DNA of 64,000 bases from an uncultured Bacteroidales bacterium (GCA_937901925.1 CALGTS010000045.1:6153-70152); one strand, 5' to 3'. Shown: positions 54,660-64,000, counted from the stretch's first letter. A program made the numbers and translations. Notes: generated by a model from the sequence alone, not told the origin.

Positions 54660-54827
54660 TTAGTTGTGAATTGCACCACTTGGGCAAGCACCTTCGCAAG
54701 CACCACACTCAATGCAAGTGTCAGGATCAATTGAATAAACATCACCTTCGTTAATTGCACCCATTGGGCATTCATCTTTGCAAGCTCCACAAGCTACGCA
54801 TTTTTCTGGATCAATTTTAAAAGCCAT
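54660..54827 (-). CDS. 2x[4Fe-4S] ferredoxin (55 aa, clostridial type); absent from the ORF track
   Basis: Hand translation: [55 protein letters not shown]. It contains two CxxCxxCxxxCP motifs, with an ATG start and a TAA stop. Confidence 0.9.
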   Translation of the reverse strand: MAFKIDPEKCVACGACKDECPMGAINEGDVYSIDPDTCIECGACEGACPSGAIHN

Positions 54828-54858
54828 AACAATAATTTTTTTGAATTAAACTTGGGGA

Positions 54859-54866
54859 CAAAAATA
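54859..54866 (-). promoter_or_regulatory. Bacteroidota -7 promoter motif (TAnnTTTG)
   Basis: TATTTTTG on the minus strand, 32 nt upstream of the ferredoxin ATG at 54827. Confidence 0.5.
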
Positions 54867-54878
54867 AAATAAATTTTC

Positions 54879-54886
54879 TATCTTTG
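54879..54886 (+). promoter_or_regulatory. Bacteroidota -7 promoter motif (TAnnTTTG)
   Basis: TATCTTTG, 21 nt upstream of the ATG at 54907. Confidence 0.5.
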
Positions 54887-54906
54887 CCGCATAAAAATGA
54901 TTTTTT

Positions 54907-56058
54907 ATGAAAATTAAGTTTTTTTGTATTCTATTCATATTCAGTATCTTTCAATTTAGTTATGCACAAAATCAAGATCAGTTTTCTATTTTGTACCTTC
55001 TTCCTCTTCAAATTAATGCGAATGAAAAGGATATAAATGCATATTCTACGGAATTAGATATTTATGCCGATCCTCAATTTCAGATGTTAGATTTTTGGAA
55101 GGGTGCGCGGTTGGCCCTTCAAGAATATGAGATGGCTGACAAGCAAATTCGTGTTATTGTGCGTGATATTTTCAATAACAGTGCAAAAATTGGTGAAATT
55201 TTTCGTGATGATGCGTTGATGAAAGATGTAAAACTTATTGTAGGTCCCTTCTTAGCTGTTGATTTTGCTGAAGCAGCACGTTTCGCAAGGGAGAGAGAGA
55301 TTCCTATTATTAATCCCTTTTCTACGCGTACAGATTTTCTAGCAGATAATCCCTATGTATACAAAATCTCACCTAGTAAATATGCAGCACCTCAAGCTAT
55401 TTACAATACCTTTTTAAGAGGCAATAATTATAATGTGATACTATGGTACGATAATGCTTATCTTGAAAAAGAGGGAAAGTGTTATGTGGATTATTTTACA
55501 GAGAATGCAATGACGTTCAAAAAGTGTCAAGTTTCTAGTAGTTTGTCAGAATTAAAATCCCTTATGTCATCTGAAAAGCGGAATGTTATTATTTCGCTTT
55601 ATAAAAATGAGTCGGTAGTTTTGAATCAGATGCGTCTTTTATCTAACTATCTGAATCCCGCCAATATAGGGAATGGGGAGAGTGTAGATTCAACAACGAT
55701 GATGTTTTTTCCTAAGGAGTGGTTGAAGTATCATCTTTTGGATACTGATTTTTATGGATTGAGTAATATTTTCTATTTTTCGCCCACTTATATTGATAAT
55801 ACAGATGAAGTTACGCTTAATTTTCAGTTGAAATATATTGAGCAATATGCTTCTGCGCCAAATACAGAAAATTTTGCATATCAAGGTTATGATATTACAA
55901 AATATTTTATGGAAGCTCTTCTAGGGCATTTTACACCTGCGAAGTTGACAGTTTCACGATATAATTTTCATAAGATTCCTGATGGAGGTTTTGAGAATGA
56001 TCGGGTCCGTATCATTCAGATTAAAGATTATAAGCAGAAAGAGTTTTTGCCTAATTGA
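54907..56058 (+). CDS. periplasmic-binding-protein type 1 (LIVBP-like) domain protein
   Basis: Signal peptide, then DVKLIVGPFLAVDFAEAARFAREREIPIINPFSTR...YVYKISPS, which resembles the Peripla_BP_6 fold. Confidence 0.55.
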   Translation: MKIKFFCILFIFSIFQFSYAQNQDQFSILYLLPLQINANEKDINAYSTELDIYADPQFQMLDFWKGARLALQEYEMADKQIRVIVRDIFNNSAKIGEIFRDDALMKDVKLIVGPFLAVDFAEAARFAREREIPIINPFSTRTDFLADNPYVYKISPSKYAAPQAIYNTFLRGNNYNVILWYDNAYLEKEGKCYVDYFTENAMTFKKCQVSSSLSELKSLMSSEKRNVIISLYKNESVVLNQMRLLSNYLNPANIGNGESVDSTTMMFFPKEWLKYHLLDTDFYGLSNIFYFSPTYIDNTDEVTLNFQLKYIEQYASAPNTENFAYQGYDITKYFMEALLGHFTPAKLTVSRYNFHKIPDGGFENDRVRIIQIKDYKQKEFLPN

Positions 56059-56488
56059 TTATTTGTGCGGGAATTCTCTCTTTTCGTACTACAAACTCCT
56101 CATTCATAATTAGTATTGCGCTTTCTTCTACGGAGATAGATTTTTTTTTGGGTGATGAAGTTTTGAATTTCCAGACTACAACCTGTTCTGGAGCCAAATT
56201 TGCCGTTATGGCTTCAACTTTTTTTTCGGAAGATAAAGTTCCTTCTTCTATTTCCACCCATTCTATTTTGGAGTGAAAGCATTCGTGACGTAAACTAATG
56301 GCACACTGTTTTTCTCCATTGACAAATACAAAGGTAATTAGAGCTTGTGTTGAATCAGAAAAATCGCGTGTAACGGAGTAGTGATATTGCCAATGGAACA
56401 CGCCTGCAGAGTCTAAGTAGCGATTGCTTTGCGAGTGTAGTGCAGAGCATAGAATGAGTAGTAGAAGGGAGGATAGAATTTTGCGCAT
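56051..56488 (-). CDS. hypothetical small secreted protein
   Basis: Signal peptide MRKILSSLLLLILCSALHSQ; 145 aa; no recognisable family. Its start lies 1 nt after the GT9 gene stop. Confidence 0.5.
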   Translation of the reverse strand: MRKILSSLLLLILCSALHSQSNRYLDSAGVFHWQYHYSVTRDFSDSTQALITFVFVNGEKQCAISLRHECFHSKIEWVEIEEGTLSSEKKVEAITANLAPEQVVVWKFKTSSPKKKSISVEESAILIMNEEFVVRKERIPAQIIN

Positions 56489-56489
56489 T

Positions 56490-57491
56490 TTATAAGCTAT
56501 TAATCCAATCGGCTACCTCTTGGGCTTCGATACCATTCATACACTTGAAGTGTTTATGTGGGCACTTTTTGTAGCCCAACTTTGAACATGGTCTGCACTT
56601 AAGTGCGTGTACCTCAAACAGTCTGAACATATTTCTATCTCTCATATAGGGGTACATTCCAAATTCGGGTACAGTATTTCCCCATAATGAGGCGATGGGA
56701 ACGTTGAGAGCTGCACCAATGTGCATCATTCCTGTATCTCCAGTTAGCAAGCAATCACAATGTTTTAGGATAGATGCGGATTCATTAAGAGAGAACTTTC
56801 CGCAAGCGTTATATACTCTATCTCCTAAACGATTTTCTATCTCATCACCCATTTCGGCTACGTCGTTACCACCTAACAGAATAACTGGTTTGTATAAAAT
56901 TCGGCAAATCTCCACTACTTTTTCCAGTGGAATTCGTTTGGTTTGATGGGCACCTCCCAAAGCTACAGCTACAAATCCATCTTCGAAAACGGCTGGGAAA
57001 TCACCTGTATCTACCTCTTCAGTTTTGGGAATAAAGAAGTCAAGTCCTTGATTATCGTTGACAACTTGTAGTGGTTTTACAGCATTAAAATAGCGGTCAA
57101 CAATATGTATATTTGGCATTGCGTGAATTTTCAAATTCACTAAAAGCCATTTCTTTACGTTTAATTTATGTAAACGAGAATGTGCGACCCTTAACCCTTT
57201 AACAATCTGCTTAGAGCGTAAATTATGTTGCAGATCAACAACATAGTCAAAATGTTCGTTTTTTAATGTTGTAAGAGTCTCTTTTTTTCCTAAGTAGTGA
57301 TGGATTTTTGAAATGTAGGGATTGTTTTCCATAACTCCTTGAAACTGTTTTTTAAGGAGGAAGTGAACCTCGGCATAGGGTAATTGTTGTTTTATAGCTC
57401 TTACAACGGGAGAGGTAAGTACTATATCTCCTATTGAACTTAATCTAATGATTAATATTTTCTGCTTTTTCGAAAGAGGGATATCGTCCAT
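56490..57491 (-). CDS. glycosyltransferase family 9 (heptosyltransferase-like)
   Basis: KILIIRLSSIGDIVLTSPVVRAIK is the N-terminal GT9 signature, and DTGMMHIGAALNVP is the C-terminal motif. Confidence 0.8.
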   Translation of the reverse strand: MDDIPLSKKQKILIIRLSSIGDIVLTSPVVRAIKQQLPYAEVHFLLKKQFQGVMENNPYISKIHHYLGKKETLTTLKNEHFDYVVDLQHNLRSKQIVKGLRVAHSRLHKLNVKKWLLVNLKIHAMPNIHIVDRYFNAVKPLQVVNDNQGLDFFIPKTEEVDTGDFPAVFEDGFVAVALGGAHQTKRIPLEKVVEICRILYKPVILLGGNDVAEMGDEIENRLGDRVYNACGKFSLNESASILKHCDCLLTGDTGMMHIGAALNVPIASLWGNTVPEFGMYPYMRDRNMFRLFEVHALKCRPCSKLGYKKCPHKHFKCMNGIEAQEVADWINSL

Positions 57492-57555
57492 TTTTTATTT
57501 ACAATCTTTACTACAATTCTTAAAATTGAGTTGAAAACTTTTCGCTATTTTTATT

Positions 57556-57594
57556 TATAAAAACAAGGAGACTGTCCTATGGCAATCTCCTTGT
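57556..57594 (-). terminator. rho-independent terminator after secDF
   Basis: On the minus strand: ACAAGGAGA-(14-nt loop)-TCTCCTTGT followed by TTTTTAT. Confidence 0.7.
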
Positions 57595-57614
57595 TTATTA
57601 ATATTTGAGGTTTA

Positions 57615-60600
57615 TTACTTGGTAATATTTGTTTTTGCTCTATTCACTTTTTTAGATTTGTTCAACAAGTCGAACGCAATAGGGGTAGAGATAAAGATAC
57701 CAGAATATGCACCTGATAAGATACCCACGAGCATTGCGAATACGAAACCGCGGATTACTTCACCACCGAATAGGAAGATAGCCAACAATACGATAATGGT
57801 TGTTCCGAATGTATTGATGTTACGGCCCATTGTACTGTTGATTGCACTATTAAAGTTGGTGTAGTTATCACGTTTTGGATAAAGTGCCAAGTTTTCGCGT
57901 ACACGGTCAAAAATAATCACAACGTTGTTGATAGAGTAACCGATAACGGTCAATACAGCAGCGATAAATGATTGGTCAACTTCCATTGAGAATGGCATTA
58001 CTTTATGTAATAATGAGTAAAGGCCAATAGTAAATAGTGTATCGTGAACAAGTGATACAATACCACCGATACCGAATTGCCAATTTCTAAAGCGTATTGC
58101 GATATAGATGAAAATCAAGATAAGAGAAATGATAACAGCCCAAACAGCATCAATAAGAAGTTCTTGAGCGATCGTAGGTTGAACCTTTTGATAACTTTGA
58201 ATACCTCTTGGATCGAATTGGTCAGCGAAATCATCTTGAGTTAAGTCTTGTTTTTCGTAGAATGGTTTTAAAGCTTTGTATAATTTAGCTTCACATTCAC
58301 GATCAACAGCTTGGTCATTTTCATTGATTTTATAGTTTGTTGTGATACGAACTTGGTCGTTACCACCGAAAGTTTTTACTTCAGGATTACCACCAAATTC
58401 AGCAGCAATAGCTTCTCTAACTTCGTTAGTTTTTACATCTTTATCGAAAAGAACCACATAGTTTCTACCACCAGTAAAGTCAATGCCGTAACTTAAGCCT
58501 TGAGTAGCGAAAGATGCAATCATAATCACGGCCATAATACCAGAAGCGATATAGAAAATTTTTCTTTTAGCGATAAATTGGAAGTTCATATTTTCAAAAG
58601 CGTGCAAAGTATATTTGTTACCAAACATATAGTTAACGCCTTTTTCAACTTTCTTATCAAAGATTAAGCGAGAAATGAAGATTGCAGTAAATAATGAAGA
58701 AAGGATACCGATAATCAAAGTAGTTGCGAAACCTTGGATAGGACCAGAACCGAAGATGTAAAGAACGATAGCGGTAATCAAAGTAGTAATGTTACTATCG
58801 ATGATTGCAGAATAAGCGTTGCTATAACCCTCTTCGATAGCAAGACGAATACCTTTACCAGCTCTAATTTCTTCACGAATACGTTCGTAAATAATTACGT
58901 TTGCATCGACAGCCATACCCAATGTTAAGATAATACCTGCGATACCAGGCAATGTAAGAACAGCGCCGATTGATGCGAGTACACCCATAATGAAGAAGAT
59001 GTTAACACACAATGCGATGTCGGCTACTAAACCAGCGCGGCTGTAATACAAAACAACGTACACTAATACAAGAATGAATGCCAAAAGGAAAGATAACAAA
59101 CCTGAACGGATTGATTCTTTACCTAAAGTTGGTCCTACAACTTCTGATTGTACAATATTGATACGAGCTTCAAGGTTACCAGAACTTAATACTGTTGCCA
59201 AGTCTTTTGCTTCGTCGATAGTGAAGTTACCAGAGATTTGAGATTGTCCATTAGGAATTTCATTTTCAACTCTTGGGTATGAATAAACGATACCATCAAG
59301 AACGATAGCGATATAGGTATAGCGTTTTGTAGCTTTAAGGCTTTCAGCAGCGTCTTTGGTAATTCTGCGCCATTCTTTAGCAGCGTCGCTTTCCATTGAC
59401 ATAGAAACTACAGCGCGATTTTGTTCATCAATATCTTGTCTTGCAGATTTTACAACTCTTTTACCACCGATTACTTCAGAAGAGAGAGCAGCACCAAACT
59501 TTTTATATTTCAAAGGAATAAGAGGATAAGCACCATCGAGAGCTCCTTGTGGGTCGCGAACAGGTTCTCCCCACATAAAAGTAACTTCTTTATCACCTAA
59601 AGCGCGTTCAACAGCTGGTAATAATTGTTCTACCTCTTTTACATTAGATTCTTTGAAGTAAGCAATAACAGGGTCTCCGATATGTTCTTCAGGATTCATC
59701 ATTGCCAAACTCAAAATAGAAGTAGTTTTTTCAACTTTTTCAGCCACTTCATTAGTTTCAGGAGTTACAGCAGCAGAGTCAACGGCTGTAGAATCGGTTG
59801 TTGTAGAATCAGCAACAACTTGAGCCACTTGTTCTTTTGCTTGTAATCCAGCAGCCACTTGAGCGTCAGCAGCTTTGAATCTTTGTTGAATTAATTGTCC
59901 ATTTTTAACATCTGTATAAACTTCCCAGAATTCCAATTTTGCAGTGTTTTGTAAAAGTTCTTCAACGCGTTCTGGTTCTTTTACACCTGGAAGTTCGACT
60001 AAGATACGGCTACCTTGCAAGCGTTGGATGTTAGGTTGAGCAACACCGAATCTATCGATACGGGTACGTAAGATTTTGAACGTACGGTCGATAACTTCAT
60101 CAGTTTCTACCTTTAATTGAGAAATGATTTCAGCATCGGTTGCGCTTTTCATACTCAAGCGATCTCCAAAATAGGTACTTAATAGTGCGTTAGGCATTGA
60201 TAAAGCCTCTTTTTGTGCATTAAAATTTTTCACAAAAAGGTCCACATAATCACCTTTTTCTTTTTCATACGCAACATTAGTAGCGTCGAATGCAGCGGTG
60301 AAAAGTGGATCGTTTTCGGTATGGCTTGCCAAACTCTTCAATACATCAGGATAAGAGATTTCAAGTGTTACGTTCATACCGCCTCTAAGGTCCAACCCTA
60401 AGTTCACCTCTTTATACTTACATTCTTTGTAAGTATTGCCTAAATAAACCTTTTGAACAGACTTGTCAGCAAGATATTCTGCTTCTTTAGCCTCTGTTAA
60501 TGAATCCAAAAGATGTTTTTCATACATCACGTCTCCATTCGCCATTTTCTTCACCTCATCAACAGAAACTTGCTCTTTTGCATAGTTCTTCGCATCATTG

Positions 60601-60695
60601 CCAATTTTCCAAGTTACGAAAGAAAAAGACAAACAATACAAGCAGGTTAGTGCAATAAGTACTGAGAAAAATAAAATTAAACCTCTGTTTTTCAT
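57615..60695 (-). CDS. secDF: fused protein translocase subunit SecDF
   Basis: 1026 aa with SecD motifs (LGLDLRGGM, VLDG..YSYP) and SecF C-terminal half TM bundles. This is the fused form typical of Bacteroidota. Confidence 0.95.
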   Translation of the reverse strand: MKNRGLILFFSVLIALTCLYCLSFSFVTWKIGNDAKNYAKEQVSVDEVKKMANGDVMYEKHLLDSLTEAKEAEYLADKSVQKVYLGNTYKECKYKEVNLGLDLRGGMNVTLEISYPDVLKSLASHTENDPLFTAAFDATNVAYEKEKGDYVDLFVKNFNAQKEALSMPNALLSTYFGDRLSMKSATDAEIISQLKVETDEVIDRTFKILRTRIDRFGVAQPNIQRLQGSRILVELPGVKEPERVEELLQNTAKLEFWEVYTDVKNGQLIQQRFKAADAQVAAGLQAKEQVAQVVADSTTTDSTAVDSAAVTPETNEVAEKVEKTTSILSLAMMNPEEHIGDPVIAYFKESNVKEVEQLLPAVERALGDKEVTFMWGEPVRDPQGALDGAYPLIPLKYKKFGAALSSEVIGGKRVVKSARQDIDEQNRAVVSMSMESDAAKEWRRITKDAAESLKATKRYTYIAIVLDGIVYSYPRVENEIPNGQSQISGNFTIDEAKDLATVLSSGNLEARINIVQSEVVGPTLGKESIRSGLLSFLLAFILVLVYVVLYYSRAGLVADIALCVNIFFIMGVLASIGAVLTLPGIAGIILTLGMAVDANVIIYERIREEIRAGKGIRLAIEEGYSNAYSAIIDSNITTLITAIVLYIFGSGPIQGFATTLIIGILSSLFTAIFISRLIFDKKVEKGVNYMFGNKYTLHAFENMNFQFIAKRKIFYIASGIMAVIMIASFATQGLSYGIDFTGGRNYVVLFDKDVKTNEVREAIAAEFGGNPEVKTFGGNDQVRITTNYKINENDQAVDRECEAKLYKALKPFYEKQDLTQDDFADQFDPRGIQSYQKVQPTIAQELLIDAVWAVIISLILIFIYIAIRFRNWQFGIGGIVSLVHDTLFTIGLYSLLHKVMPFSMEVDQSFIAAVLTVIGYSINNVVIIFDRVRENLALYPKRDNYTNFNSAINSTMGRNINTFGTTIIVLLAIFLFGGEVIRGFVFAMLVGILSGAYSGIFISTPIAFDLLNKSKKVNRAKTNITK

Positions 60696-60755
60696 TTTCT
60701 ATTTGTTTGATTATTAATGTTTTATAATTTTTCTAAGGTAGATTTTTCAAGCGTG

Positions 60756-60763
60756 CAAATATA
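60756..60763 (-). promoter_or_regulatory. Bacteroidota -7 promoter motif (TAnnTTTG)
   Basis: TATATTTG on the minus strand, 61 nt upstream of the ATG at 60695. Confidence 0.45.
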
Positions 60764-60812
60764 CAAAATATTTTGAATGTAAGTTACTTATTTTCAAAAT
60801 AGTTGAATATGC

Positions 60813-61676
60813 TTACTTTTTTGTAAAAATTCTTGGAATATGAAGTTTATCACTATTCATATTTTCGTCAGCATTTTCATGTTCTGCGTAGGGTTCAAAT
60901 TCTTGTAATAGGGTTTGTTTAAGTTCATCAGGAGTTAGATTTCTTCGAATGTTTCCCTCTTTGCAGATGGAGATTTGTCCCGTTTGTTCCGAAACTATAA
61001 TAGCGATAGCATCAGTAAGAGTAGTAGAGCCTATTGCAGAGCGGTGACGAAGTCCTAAGTCGGTGGAGATATCTTCAGATTTTGATACAGGAAGAATACA
61101 TCTGGCAGCAGCAATTCGATGATTAGCTACTACTACTGCACCATCGTGGAGTGGACTATTTTTAAAGAATATATTTTCTAAAAGTTCGCGAGAAACCAAA
61201 GCGTCAATTTTTTCGCCAGTATTTATAAAATCATCCACGGGTGTGTTTTTCTTCATCACGATAAGAGCACCTGTTTTGGATGCTGCCATACGTTTGCAGG
61301 CGCGAGTAATGTTGATAATTTCTTGCACATAACTTCCAGTTTTCTGTTTCTTTCCTACCAATTCTTGAATCCATTGGAAAAGACGAGTATTGCCGAGGTA
61401 GATTAGGAATTTTCTTATTTCTGGTTGGAAAACCACAATCAGTAGAATCATTCCCATACTGATAAACTCACCAATAATATCAGAAAGCATATTCAATTGG
61501 AAGAGTGAGACTAATTTCCAAATTGCAAAAATGGAGACTAAGCCGATTAAAATTTTAACAGCGGCAGTTCCTTTCAACCATCTGTATAACTCGTATATCA
61601 GAAAAGCAACTAAAAGAATATCAATGATATCTGTAATTTTAACATCTAAGAAACTAAATTGACTAAGTAGATACAT
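60813..61676 (-). CDS. cdaA: diadenylate cyclase CdaA (DisA_N domain, three N-terminal TM helices)
   Basis: TM region, then GALIVM, SPLHDGAVVV and GLRHRSAIG, which are DAC-domain motifs. Confidence 0.85.
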   Translation of the reverse strand: MYLLSQFSFLDVKITDIIDILLVAFLIYELYRWLKGTAAVKILIGLVSIFAIWKLVSLFQLNMLSDIIGEFISMGMILLIVVFQPEIRKFLIYLGNTRLFQWIQELVGKKQKTGSYVQEIINITRACKRMAASKTGALIVMKKNTPVDDFINTGEKIDALVSRELLENIFFKNSPLHDGAVVVANHRIAAARCILPVSKSEDISTDLGLRHRSAIGSTTLTDAIAIIVSEQTGQISICKEGNIRRNLTPDELKQTLLQEFEPYAEHENADENMNSDKLHIPRIFTKK

Positions 61677-61689
61677 AACAAAATTTTCT

Positions 61690-62283
61690 CTATTTTTTTG
61701 AACTATTCATAATTTCATTAAAGCAATGTCTGCATAAAGGTTCGTAACTATCTTTTTCGCCTAACATTACCTGTTTTTCGTTTTTTATCAAACGGTGAGA
61801 ATATTGTGCCAAGTTGCCGCAGCGAGTACAGATAGCGTGTACTTTGGAAACATATTCTGCGATGGCAATTAGTTGCGGCATAGGTCCGAATGGGTTGCCT
61901 AAATAGTCCATATCTAAGCCTGCTACAACAACTCGTATTCCTTTGTTAGCCAAAGTATTGCAAACATCAACAATCCCTTCATCAAAGAACTGAACTTCAT
62001 CAATTCCTACAAATTCAACTTCATCAATATTAACGTATAGAAGGATTTCTGCAGAGTTGTGTACAGGAGTTGTGTTCATTGCAGAATGGTCGTGAGAAAC
62101 CATTTCTGTTTCATCGTAGCGAGTATCTACAGCAGGTTTGAAAAGTTCAATTTTCTGATTTGCAAATTGAGCGCGTTTAATTCTCCGAATGAGTTCTTCT
62201 GTTTTGCCAGAAAACATTGATCCGCAAATTACTTCAATCCAACCTTTACTTATACTTCTATCGGCTTTACTTTCTAGGAACAT
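61690..62283 (-). CDS. tdk: thymidine kinase
   Basis: P-loop [21 protein letters not shown], and the zinc ribbon CTRCG...CRHC. Confidence 0.9.
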   Translation of the reverse strand: MFLESKADRSISKGWIEVICGSMFSGKTEELIRRIKRAQFANQKIELFKPAVDTRYDETEMVSHDHSAMNTTPVHNSAEILLYVNIDEVEFVGIDEVQFFDEGIVDVCNTLANKGIRVVVAGLDMDYLGNPFGPMPQLIAIAEYVSKVHAICTRCGNLAQYSHRLIKNEKQVMLGEKDSYEPLCRHCFNEIMNSSKK

Positions 62284-62311
62284 TTTTTTCTTTTTGCAAT
62301 ATTTTTTTTAC

Positions 62312-62319
62312 TATTTTTG
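62312..62319 (+). promoter_or_regulatory. Bacteroidota -7 promoter-like motif
   Basis: TATTTTTG, 106 nt upstream of the ATG at 62425. Confidence 0.35.
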
Positions 62320-62337
62320 ACAGCAATTTTCAAAAGA

Positions 62338-62345
62338 CAAAATTA
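62338..62345 (-). promoter_or_regulatory. Bacteroidota -7 promoter-like motif
   Basis: TAATTTTG on the minus strand, 55 nt upstream of the tdk ATG at 62283. Confidence 0.4.
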
Positions 62346-62424
62346 CACGTTTTTTTCTTATAAAAAACATCATAGTACGATAAAAACAAAAAAAATATAG
62401 AACCCTAAAAATAAGAAAGTTATT

Positions 62425-63636
62425 ATGGAGAAACCGACTGAATTTATCAAGAAAATAATTGATAATTTAACTATAATCAATAACATAGAAAAAGAATATT
62501 CTGTTCTTGAAAAAGATATTATTCTTCATAATTTACGGACTGCCTATACATATTTTCTTTCTATTTCGGCAGAAGATGGTGATGCTACTCCTGCTTTTCA
62601 GTTGAAAGAGTATAAAAATAATCCAGAGCAAGAAGCAAGAATTGCGCAATTGGAAAGTGAGATTCGGCAAAGTAATGAAGAGAAAGCGTTGTTGCAGGCA
62701 CAAATTTCTCAGATTTCGATACAATATTCTCAAAAAGTGAAAGATTCTGCTATTGAGATTGAAAATTTAAAACAAAATAATCAAGCTTTACAAACAACTT
62801 TGGAGGAAAAATCTGAACAACTCAAAACTTTGATGCAGGGAAGCCAAAACTATATAGAGGTTTTGAAGGAGAAGGAGGTTATTATATCTCAATTAAAAAA
62901 TGAATTGGTTGAGAAAGAGAATGCAATCCAGCAATTGCAACTTCAGAAATCTTCAGCAATTATTGAAAAAGAGGAAGTTCCTATGGTAGAAGAGTTTTCA
63001 GAGAATCAGATTGAGGAAGCGAATCTCTTTGTTGATGAAGAACCTGCAACTACAGAAATGCCACGTGCTGACGATACTGCTTTGTTAACATTTCCGGAGG
63101 CAGCGCCTGTGCAGCCTGTTGTGATTCAGGAGGAGGTACAGGAAGATATTTTATTGGATATTTTTGATGATGAGGTGGAAGAGGTTCAGAATATAGAAAT
63201 GTCAGTTGAAAAAACGGCACAAGCTGCAGATGATAGAGATCTTTTATTTCCTGATGAAAAACCAAAAATGGAAGTAAAGCCGAGTCAGCAATCGCTTTTT
63301 GATACAGACGAACCTTTATACAAAGCTGAGAAGAAATCGCTGAATGATTTACTTAGTGCTCGTGAGGATATTTCGCTAGGTGCGAAGTTCCAAAATGCAC
63401 GTGTAAAAGATTTATCTAAAGCAATTTCCATTAACGATAAATTCCTCTTTATCAGAGAACTATTCAGAAATAAGGGTGAAGAGTTTAGCAAATCGATTCA
63501 GCAGTTAAATGCTTGCAATACTATTGATGAGGCTTTTGATTTGATGGAAACAATGAAGAAATATTATGCTTGGGATACCACAGCACAAGCTTATTTGAAA
63601 CTTTGTGATTTAGTGAGAAGAAAATTTGTGGATTAG
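62425..63636 (+). CDS. hypothetical protein: N-terminal helical module, coiled coil, highly acidic linker, conserved-looking C-terminal domain
   Basis: 403 aa. Q/E/K coiled coil about residues 75-185, an acidic tract about 190-290, and C-terminal ...[30 protein letters not shown]...[20 protein letters not shown]. No family recognised. Confidence 0.55.
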   Translation: MEKPTEFIKKIIDNLTIINNIEKEYSVLEKDIILHNLRTAYTYFLSISAEDGDATPAFQLKEYKNNPEQEARIAQLESEIRQSNEEKALLQAQISQISIQYSQKVKDSAIEIENLKQNNQALQTTLEEKSEQLKTLMQGSQNYIEVLKEKEVIISQLKNELVEKENAIQQLQLQKSSAIIEKEEVPMVEEFSENQIEEANLFVDEEPATTEMPRADDTALLTFPEAAPVQPVVIQEEVQEDILLDIFDDEVEEVQNIEMSVEKTAQAADDRDLLFPDEKPKMEVKPSQQSLFDTDEPLYKAEKKSLNDLLSAREDISLGAKFQNARVKDLSKAISINDKFLFIRELFRNKGEEFSKSIQQLNACNTIDEAFDLMETMKKYYAWDTTAQAYLKLCDLVRRKFVD

Positions 63637-64000
63637 TCCTCTTTCTCCTCGGTTTTATTCTCTTTTTCTAAACGTTGTTCCTCCTCCAAGGAATCTTGGT
63701 CGATAATATGTTTATATTTTTCACGACGCTCTTTCCACTTGTTGCGAGCGTATTGTTGCATATCTACGATATTATCGGTTTCGTCAACAATTTCCATTCC
63801 GAAGATAGATTCGATGATATCTTCCAATGTAACAATACCTTGGAATGAACCATATTCATCAACGATGAGAGCAATATGTTCTTTTTCTTCTAGAAGAGTT
63901 TCCCACAAGCGGGTAAGATTTTGTCCCTCTTCAGCCACGACAATATTTCGGGTAAGTTCAGAAAGTTTTGTATCGAATTTATCGTTTGCAACACTTTCTA
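63633..64000 (-). CDS. CNNM/CorC-type CBS-domain protein (partial; N-terminus lies right of the window)
   Basis: The frame stays open to the window edge. ...[33 protein letters not shown] is the second CBS motif of the DUF21-CBS hemolysin/CorC family. The track's 'M' at 63938 is an internal GTG. Confidence 0.7.
   Translation of the reverse strand, partial: ESVANDKFDTKLSELTRNIVVAEEGQNLTRLWETLLEEKEHIALIVDEYGSFQGIVTLEDIIESIFGMEIVDETDNIVDMQQYARNKWKERREKYKHIIDQDSLEEEQRLEKENKTEEKED

Overview
The window is a low-GC chromosomal segment that looks like Bacteroidota. The evidence for that placement is gldB and gldD gliding genes, a DUF5103 (T9SS plug-like) protein, fused SecDF, a DUF3098-FtsX pair, a glycine/ornithine-lipid type acyltransferase pair, and the TAnnTTTG -7 promoter motif in front of most transcription units. 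About 60 protein genes are packed tightly, and most are core housekeeping: murG, serA/serC, lysS, lpdA, uppP, truB, engB, ssb, mazG, secA, pyrG, speB, folB, typA, ftsX, lspA, secDF, cdaA and tdk. There is one tRNA-Gly(CCC). I saw no rRNA, CRISPR array, transposase, integrase or prophage block.

Thirteen ORF-track entries begin at TTG or GTG codons. I re-called their starts at internal ATGs, in most cases supported by a promoter motif, tight gene spacing or a signal peptide. One real gene is missing from the track because it is under 60 aa: a 55-aa 2x[4Fe-4S] ferredoxin at 54660-54827 (-).

I did not find a convincing self-contained novel system. The candidates most worth a second look are:
1. 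The left edge (1-1922): a truncated secreted S74 tail-fibre-like gene, a 457-bp structured noncoding region with a 16-bp perfect inverted repeat and TTAGGAC repeats, and a receiver-less LytTR regulator fused to a second winged-helix domain.
2. The aminoacyl-lipid acyltransferase pair at 30279-32115, whose N-acyltransferase carries a heptad-repeat charged tail.
3. A MoxR ATPase coupled to an orphan histidine kinase, with no VWA/DUF58 partner nearby.
4. A membrane coiled-coil protein in an apparent operon with FtsX and DUF3098.
5. A short, divergent chorismate-synthase homolog whose start lies 1 nt after the stop of a beta-CASP metallo-beta-lactamase gene.
6. A 550-bp noncoding gap between secA and the tRNA.

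All functional calls come from reading the translations by eye. No database search was run.
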